Below are positions 54,921-64,000 of a stretch of DNA of 64,000 nucleotides, piece after piece. The notes below the pieces were generated by a model. The model saw only the letters and a program-made list of their open reading frames with translations. It did not search any database and was not told the origin of the DNA. The DNA comes from Eledone cirrhosa (lineage: Eukaryota), in assembly GCA_964016885.1 (NCBI GenBank), contig OZ024756.1, positions 33,046,001 to 33,110,000 on the forward strand. The letters run 5' to 3'. Positions within the stretch are counted from its first letter, which is position 1. The number at the start of each line of letters is the position of its first letter. The translations under genes were made by a program, and so were the position numbers.

Positions 54921-56967
54921 ATATGGAGAACAAAGGTGTGAGAAAGATGAGGTATGAGATCATGAAAGAGGAAACTCAATCTCAGATGAGAAGGGGGTTG
55001 TAGAAGATGTAATGGAACTTACCGTTTATCCAATTATCTGATAAATTACTCGTCTTCTCTCTCCTACACCAAATAGCAATCTAATGAAAGAAAGTTTTCC
55101 TAGAAGTAAAAGAAAGACTGAATGAGATTAAAAAGTGTAGTAGCTGGTTCAGGTATCTATTTAGTAATTGTTATATTGCGAAAAGAAAAAAACAAAATCG
55201 AACACAATGGATGAGAAGGAATATAAAATAAACATAAATATATTTAAAAAAATAGAAACGGAAAGGAAAATATAAAGTATATTAAAGTTAAAAAAATAAA
55301 CGTTTCGAACTTGAAGAAAATTAGACGAAGCAGAAAGATAATACGACTGAAATCAAGTAAATAAGGAAAGCAAATATGATAAAAAGAGGAAAATCAAATT
55401 TAAAACCATAAGAACCCACCCTATGAATAAAAATACAATGAAAATTATAAATAAAAGAAAATCAACTTGTTTACTCCAAATAATGTTTAATTGGATATCT
55501 CCTTCTTAATGAATTAATTAACTACTTGAATAATATTACATTTTTAGTTTTATTTCTTTGTTTGAAATTGATTCTCTTTGTTCTTTCCATTAAGTTAGAG
55601 GCAAAATTTAAGTCGGTAAACTATATAGTAAATTATACAGCAGATTTGATATATACACACGGACCACACATACACCTTATATATATATTGTTTGTGTGTG
55701 TGGGGGTATGTGTGTGTATGTATAAAACCATGACTGTTAATTGCTGCAAGGTAAAAGCAAACAAAGTGGCATAAACCGACGCTATGTACGAATCTAATCG
55801 AACATTGTCCTTATAGTTAAACTCTGTCTGACCTAAGATATACATATAGCATTAAATATAAAGTAAATCCATTCAAACTCATCAGGACTCTAAATATTGC
55901 ATCCCCTTTACCATCCTCCGGGGCATCGCCTTTTCCATTCTGTCCGCCAAGGCTGTGGGGAGGCCAACACGTGGGACCCCCCTTGCTCACCATACAGAAA
56001 GAGGGGAGGGCGTGAGAGATGGAGCCGATGACAGTGGGAGTTCGGATCTTCCATGTTCGGACCATATCCTTGTGGTTATATACACTAACTCAAATGTATA
56101 TAACAGAAAAAGGAAATCCCATCCCATTTTTATCATATCCATAGCTGACAACTTTTATTTTTTTATCTGTAATTTATTGACCTTTTGTTCTATTTCATTA
56201 TTTTTAACATTGTTCAGCTAGATAATCCTAACCTATGACCAATCAGGTTTACACAAATAATAATTTCATGGCTGACTGACGTTATCCTGCTGAGGTTTCT
56301 GTTTCATACTGAATATTATATTTTCATGCAGTTAGAAAAGCTCTGTTATGACTGTGATTGTAAAATACTGAATCGTAATGTCGTATTCACGTACGTTTCA
56401 GATTCAAATACATATATCGGACTCTGCCACTAATTTTACCTTATTTTTCTCATGATTTTTGGATCGTCGCAAAATTATAGTATAAACAAAATAACTAAAC
56501 ACTTGCTCGAGCTCTCGATTAATGGGAATTAGCCAGTGGGTATGAAAACACCAAAATTCCGATGTTATTAACTGCTCAACTCCTTCGGCTATGTTTGCAT
56601 TCACAAACAACTGAAATAGAAGAATGAAAACGAGCGAAGGAGAGTAAATACAAAAGAAATAATGAAATATATCAGAAATACGAAGGTAGGCAGCAAGTTT
56701 TATAGGCTGATTATGAGGGAGTGGTGTTAAAGCTGTGAAATCTTGCATGCATTAATTCCAACTCTTATTAATAACTGCAATGTTTGCTTCCATGGTATCT
56801 GATAAAAAATAAAGTTCATTTGGTCCTTCCATGAGAGGATATTAGTCAACCTATGAACGTTTGAGCCGACACTCGTAGTGTGTATTTGTTGGATCAAAGA
56901 TGGTTTCCACAACAAGTGTTCAACTTTATCAATATTCGATCAACTTGCTCGTCAAATTAGCTCGTCA

Positions 56968-57390
56968 AATAACATTCGATTCATTTGCAATTATGCAAAC
57001 AAGCCTCATTTTTTAAAGCCATATGAGTAGAACCTTTCATCCTTGCTCTTGTGTTAGCATGTAAACAGAACTGCAGACACTAATGTTTCTGAGTATCACC
57101 CTTCAGCAGTACAGCTCACTGTTCAGCTGCCAGCTGTGAGAGCTAGTAAAAATATGCAAATCAAGCCGATCAGTCACTGTATTTTTAGAAAATAGCATAT
57201 ATTTTCACTAGGTCTGGCAGTTGGCAGGTGAACAGTGAGCTGTAATGATGAAGGGTGGCACCCAGAAACATTAGTGTCTGCAGTACGGTTTACATGCCAA
57301 CACAAGATCAAAAAATGAAGTGTTCATTCTACTGCCATAATTTTAAAAATGAGGCTTGTTTGCATAATTGCAAACGAATCGAATGTTATT
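56968..57390. mobile_element. Foldback MITE / long imperfect inverted repeat
   Basis: Left end AATAACATTCGATTCATTTGCAATTATGCAAACAAGCCTCATTTTT is mirrored at 57345-57390. Complementarity continues for roughly 190 bp per arm (CTGCAGACACTAATGTTTCTG / CAGAAACATTAGTGTCTGCAG; CAGCTCACTGTTCA / TGAACAGTGAGCTG). Confidence 0.85.
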
Positions 57391-58012
57391 ATTAATATTA
57401 GAAAAACTCAGATTACAAATGTTATTATAAATATTATTATTATAAAGGTATAACTAAATCTTTACCTTTGGCAACTTGAGAAACCTGTATACATGCATCA
57501 GCAAGAATCGAAATGATGATGACCATCCGACCTGGTAAAAATAAGCCAGACACCAAATCATATAAAGAAGTAAATGAGCACACGCAACAAAAAAGCAAAT
57601 AATAAATAAAAAGAAAAAGAAGAAGGAAAGGAAGAAAAATAAATAATGTATAATGTACTAAACAAAAAACAACATCGGCTATGCTGAAACAGCAATGAGT
57701 TAGAGATGTTTATTCTAATTAACACACGCACAATAAACATGTATATAGTTTGGTTTGGAAACAAAATAAAATAATCAGTCAGACTTAAAAATCAAAAAAG
57801 AGTTTCAAATCTTTCTAGCTAATGAATTCATTGCAGGAAAGTAGAACATGCCTTTGAACTATACATTCTAGCTGATACATTCAAAGTAAGCCAGGCGTCT
57901 ACCGTTTAATATATGAATGACATTTCGCCATGTTTCTTTCTAATGCAATTTATTTGCTTTGTTTGCTTGTATATTCATTCACAGCAAACGAATTCAGCAA
58001 CTTCATTAAGCA

Positions 58013-58099
<87 letters not shown>

Positions 58100-58209
58100 T
58101 ATATATATATATGTATGTATGTATGTATATCATGTCTTTGCTTTTCTCATCTTCATGTATATCTAACTGTATAGCCATCTAGCAGACTACCTACCTGTAT
58201 GTGTATGAC

Positions 58210-58331
<122 letters not shown>

Positions 58332-58347
58332 TATAAATATATATATG

Positions 58348-58405
<58 letters not shown>

Positions 58406-58410
58406 TGTAT

Positions 58411-58587
58411 AGTATTAATAATAAATTTGAAGATTAAATCCAAAGAGGGTCCGATAAGGATAAATATATATCAAATATATAAGAACCGTAGAGCAAATAT
58501 TAATTAAAATAACAGATTAAAGTTTAAGCAAAGAATCGATGCTTTCACCCTTAACGGGATCTTCTGAAACTCAGAAGATCCCGTTAA
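58411..58587 (-). mobile_element. Family A fold-back copy, reverse orientation, second arm truncated
   Basis: Reverse complement of 15250-15426, including the same apex TCTTCTGA-AAC-TCAGAAGA. Flanked by (TA)n. Confidence 0.88.
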
Positions 58588-58602
58588 TATATATGTATAT
58601 GT

Positions 58603-58732
<130 letters not shown>

Positions 58733-58740
58733 GTGTGTAC

Positions 58741-58821
<81 letters not shown>

Positions 58822-58842
58822 TACACACACATATATATATAT

Positions 58843-58896
<54 letters not shown>

Positions 58897-59339
58897 ATAT
58901 ATATATATATACACATATATATATATATACAGACAGAGAGAGAGAGAGAAAGAGAGACGATGATGAAGCATGAATCATTGTCTATATAAATATCGAAAAG
59001 AAACTTTGCAGATATATTTTATATCCTCCAAAAAATGCATTAGATAAATGAAATAGAATTCTGAAAAATAAATATGTGTTAAAATAAAAATATCTATACT
59101 ATATATAATACATTGATTTTCATATTAAGATATATTTCATATCGACTTTTAAAAGACGATCTTTATTTAGAAAATCTAAATATATTTTGTTTTATATAAG
59201 ACTTCTGCGAATCGCAGAAGACTTAGTTAAGTTTGTATACGTATATTCACGCAACATTACTACGTATGGTACACTATAAACATATATATACACACAAACG
59301 TTCTATATGTCAAATTACGCACATGAAGATATACAGAAG

Positions 59340-59545
59340 TGTTTCTTAGCAAAATATCTTATGAATTAAAGATAGCTGTAAGGGGGTGCGCCGGGGTGCA
59401 TCCGAGAGGGACGAAGAGAACTAGGAAGAATAAGGATGGAAATAGTCGGAAAATAAGAAGGGAGACACATTTTAGAAGACCATATTAACTTACCGCGTGG
59501 ATTATTTAAATTCAAACGCGGAATCAGTATTTCTTGAGAAATAAA
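59340..59545 (-). pseudogene. Possible Penelope-like GIY-YIG C-terminus and 3' region remnant
   Basis: Minus-strand translation SQEILIPRLNLNNPRG resembles the E..lI..L....P.GxN end of PLE endonucleases. A pyrimidine-rich tract follows. Confidence 0.4.
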
Positions 59546-60138
59546 ATATTAATAATAATATATCTTCTATGTCATGTATTTTATTGAATTTGCTGGCCGT
59601 GGATATATATGTGTGGTTAAGCAGTTCACTTTGCAAAAGGTTGGTTCCGCTTCACTGAATACTTTCTACTATAGCTTCGAAGTAGTGGCCTTTTGATTTG
59701 CATTTTAATTCTTCCCAACTATTAGTGTTATAACTTATTAATACTATATATACCTGCATTATATATAAGTTATAAACAGAATAGTTTCTGTATAAATTTT
59801 GTACGGGGGAGTATGATTTTTTATCTGTATCATTAATAAACAAGGGGCTACTGAGGCTTATATAGGTATACAACACTCTTATACAAACTTCATCAAGATA
59901 CGCACAACTAGATTATAAAAAAATGTTTCTTATACATAAACCTACTGTATATTGCCCCATACCTATCATTATTTGAATTTACGCATTTTGGCTCTTCCTC
60001 CAAAATGATGATGCTAAAGAAAGTCTCCCTCCTTGAGGGCCGAATAGATGTGGGTGTTATAATGACGGAGCTGGTAGCCATTCAGAAACAGCATAAGGAT
60101 AGATGCGTTAAATGTACAGCGAGGCAAAACGGGCCATA

Positions 60139-62059
60139 TCTATATACATAAAACTGAGTTTGTCTGTCAGTCTGTCTGTCTATATGTCTGCTGTCTGTCT
60201 ACTAAAATCTTTGGCACACATCTCCTCTTAAACCGTACGTTCAAATTTCGGTGAAATTGCTACACTTATAGATGAAGGTCCGGCGGAGTCATCGGTCAAA
60301 TATTTTTTCAAATCGACCCACGCCAAGTGTAAAAATCAAATTTGTAATGTATTGATTTTTCAGTTCAAATGTATAAATAGAGATGAGAGACGAGTTATTT
60401 CCCTTTTATGGCGTCATTCTGTCTAATCTATTTACGTTACGAACAAACTACACATACAAAAATACGCGAACAGTTTTCGGGGCAGCAAAATTTTAACATG
60501 CAAAATTCATGAGTTTGGAAGTTTCAACATTAAGCATCCATTTTGCTTCATTTCCATTAAACAGTCTTTTAAAACAATATTTCAGTGCATCAGCCTCGCC
60601 ACCACCCGAGGCAACGCTACGAGTGTGCTGGCTTGTGTCAAAAATCATTAGAGAGGTTGCCCAGTACTCGCGACGTTGCTGTCTTTTGCTCTGGTATTGG
60701 CTCCGTTATTCACCCCTTCTTTTACATTTTCTTTAATATTGTAACATTGAAGGAATATATCTTTCATTGTATCATCCTTTGTAGTGTTACCGAGGCATTT
60801 GTAATGTTATTTATGTATATATTTAAAACATATTTGTTATGTTATTCTACTGTAAATTTATTTATATGCTCTGTTTATATTTTCATTCTCAAAAATCTAT
60901 GAAACTACATACATGTTGCAACTCTCTCTAAGAGAGAGAGAGGGGGTATGAGTGAGAGAGAGATAGAGAAAGAGACAGAGGGGGTATGGAAAAAAAGGGA
61001 GAGGGGTTGAGAAAGAAAGAAAGTTTAAGCAAAGAATCGCTGCTGTCAACATTAACGGGATCTTCTTAAACTAAAAAATTCAATCTGTGAACGCAGAATT
61101 AAATATTTCGAGAAACGTTGCAACCGAAGGAAAACAGGAACACGATATTTTGGTTCATGAATCCCTGGCAATGAACGGAAAAGAGGCCAGGATAATACGT
61201 CTTTATGTAGACTGAGAAGAACATTTTCATGCAAAGACAAGACCAACAATATGGTGTAAATGGAGTCGTTAGACTCATATTCTATTTAAAATAACCGAAT
61301 GATTTCCAGCCCCGGAGTTTAAGAATGTTGTAAATAAAATTGTAAACGAAAATGACAGAAGTTATTAAAGTAGTTGTTTCTACTTTTGGCACAAGGTCAG
61401 CAAAATTCCAGTACATTACTGGTACTTTATTTTATCGATCCCGTATTGATGAAAGGCAAAGTTAACCTCAGCGGGATTTTAACCCTGCCCTAAAATAGGA
61501 AAAGTAAATAGTGAAGATTTAGGCCAGTACATACGTATGCGCCGACGGATATACGCATACATATACATACGCACACACAAATACATACACACACGCAAAC
61601 ACACACACACACACACACGTGTGTGTTTAAACCTTATGCATTTCTACAGTATTTTCACCAAACTTAAGACATAGGTTACTTATGTACTCCGGATGGTCAT
61701 AGGCACTTTCATTTTTCCAGATATTGATTATAGGGCCTCCCGGCAGATAACCCCCTTTAACCACTTCCTTGGAGTCAACTGAAGCACTGCAGTGCAATGC
61801 AACAAAACGTCATAACTTCTGGAGTTCGCAACCGATTTTCACAAAACTTGACACATGGGCTACGTTTGTTCTACAGATGAATGTGAACTCTCAGAATTGG
61901 CACATATTGAGTAGGGGACCCCTGGGGGCAGGAACCTCCTTTTCGAAAAAGCCGATGATTTTGTAAAAGTATAATTTTCCAAGCAGCACTGAAGTATTGA
62001 CATAAATGGTATACATAACTGGTATGTAATACCTGAGCAACGCCGGGCACCTCTGCTAG
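60139..62059 (+). mobile_element. Non-autonomous Helitron-like element
   Basis: 5' end A|TCTATATACATAAAA followed by a (CTGT)n tract. 3' GC hairpin CCTGAGCAACGCCGGG (62032-62047), then CTAG|T (62056-62060). Sits between A and T with no TSD. Internal repeats of the ATTTTCACcAAACTT type near 61650 and 61835. Confidence 0.75.
61374..61484 (-). mobile_element. SINE fragment nested inside the Helitron-like element
   Basis: Family tail and central domain present. Confidence 0.85.
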
Positions 62060-62458
62060 TTCGAAATAAATTAGTTCCCAAGTACATAAATTCTTCCTAG
62101 CCTGAAATTTTAGTATCATACATTTTAAAACTGTTTACAATATCGTAAATGAGAGACATACATAACATGATAGTAAAGCTGCTGCTAAATAAGAAATTCA
62201 ATGCGCAGATGATGAAGAAATCAAAATAGAATGAAATATGAGGTGTGGAAGAAATAAAAGAAAACGATATATTTCAATGAATAATAATAGATTTTCTCTT
62301 CTTTTGTTTGCTATTACGTGAAAGAATTCAGAAAATTCCTACTGGCAATAGTATCCTACAATAATACCATCTCTTCACATATACACACATAGAAAAACAC
62401 ACGTATGGGACCATAGAAACGAATACTTATAAATATGATTACAGTCATCACATATATG

Positions 62459-62494
<36 letters not shown>

Positions 62495-62783
62495 CGTGTG
62501 TATGTGTGTGTGTATTTTATAGAATTTAAAGCGTTCACACCTATATGAGAATGATTACAATACATTAGATGCACACACACACACATACAAACGCACACAC
62601 ACACAGAGTCACACATGTATATATATATATATATATATATATACAGACTGTAATTTTCGAATTATTGTCATCTCTATATAAACCTACGCAATAGGATACT
62701 GAATATAGTAAGATGGATGCAACTGAATGATTAACCTAATTTAACATTACAATAGACATAGTTGATGTTTAACTCATCTATTG

Positions 62784-62826
<43 letters not shown>

Positions 62827-62940
62827 AGTGTGTGTATGTGTGTGTATATGTGTTTGTGGGAATGTATATATACACACATACACATTTAGGTATATATACA
62901 TACATAAATATCTACATATCTATATATATATATATCTATA

Positions 62941-62995
<55 letters not shown>

Positions 62996-63068
62996 GTATA
63001 TATGTATATATATATATATATGTGTATGTGTGTATATATATATATATATATACATAAATATCTCTCTA

Positions 63069-63141
<73 letters not shown>

Positions 63142-63162
63142 ATATGTATATATATATGTATG

Positions 63163-63215
<53 letters not shown>

Positions 63216-63217
63216 AT

Positions 63218-63306
63218 AATTGTTTCTACTTTAGGCACAAGGCCAGCAATTACCCAGTTAATTACTGGTACTTTATGTTATCGACCCCGTAAGGATGAAA
63301 GGCAAA
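63218..63306 (-). mobile_element. SINE 3' fragment
   Basis: AATTGTTTCTACTTTAGGCACAAGGCCAGC...AAGGATGAAAGGCAAA. Confidence 0.88.
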
Positions 63307-63362
63307 AATTTATATATAGTAATAATAATAAATTTGAAGACTAAAATCTGTTATTTTAATAA

Positions 63363-63413
<51 letters not shown>

Positions 63414-63695
63414 AGTATATGTCTATGTATCTATCTACACCTACCTATCTATTTATATATATCACTATATATAAATAAATATATATATATATATAAATAT
63501 ATATATATATACATATATATAGAGAGAGAGAGAGGGGGAGGGAGAATGGGAAAGAGATGTAGGTAGCTAGATAGATAGATAGATGTATATATTATAAGAC
63601 GACACATTTAGCGACTGTTTCCCCACCATTAAAGAGGAGGTTATATCGAGACTTCAAATTCAATTTTAGAATGACACACCCACACACAGGCATGC

Positions 63696-63767
<72 letters not shown>

Positions 63768-63867
63768 GAATTTATATATGTGTATATATATGTACATATA
63801 CAAATATATATATAGATATATAAGTACATATATAAGTATATATATACATATTTATATGTATGTAATA

Positions 63868-63937
<70 letters not shown>

Positions 63938-63967
63938 TTATATATATATGTATATATATACTATATA

Positions 63968-64000
<33 letters not shown>

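Noticed and set aside
59202-59220. Perfect 9-bp hairpin CTTCTGCGA-A-TCGCAGAAG
   Set aside because: Too short and isolated to assign. Not a terminator in a eukaryotic context.

Overview
AT-rich eukaryotic DNA dense in microsatellites. The (TA)n load and the SINE families resemble a cephalopod (Octopus-like) genome; this is an inference. The only convincing protein-coding region is an intact 1216-aa R4/Dong-clade non-LTR retrotransposon ORF (RT + CCHC + restriction-like endonuclease, 42350-46000), inserted in a (TAA)n tract. The rest looks intronic or intergenic: about 12 well-preserved tRNA-derived SINEs (11 on the minus strand), a non-autonomous Helitron (60139-62059), a foldback MITE (56968-57390), LINE and Penelope remnants, and minisatellites. 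Two signals stand out. (1) Several unrelated families of short fold-back elements sit inside (TA)n tracts, with the hairpin apex just 5' of a minimal hammerhead-ribozyme core; one hammerhead is complete (48467-48504, minus strand). (2) Two polypyrimidine-CAG|GTRAGT sites lie 38 kb apart on the plus strand and look like recursive-splicing points in a giant intron. Nearly all listed short ORFs are microsatellite artefacts. Coordinates of degenerate elements are approximate, and no database searches were run.
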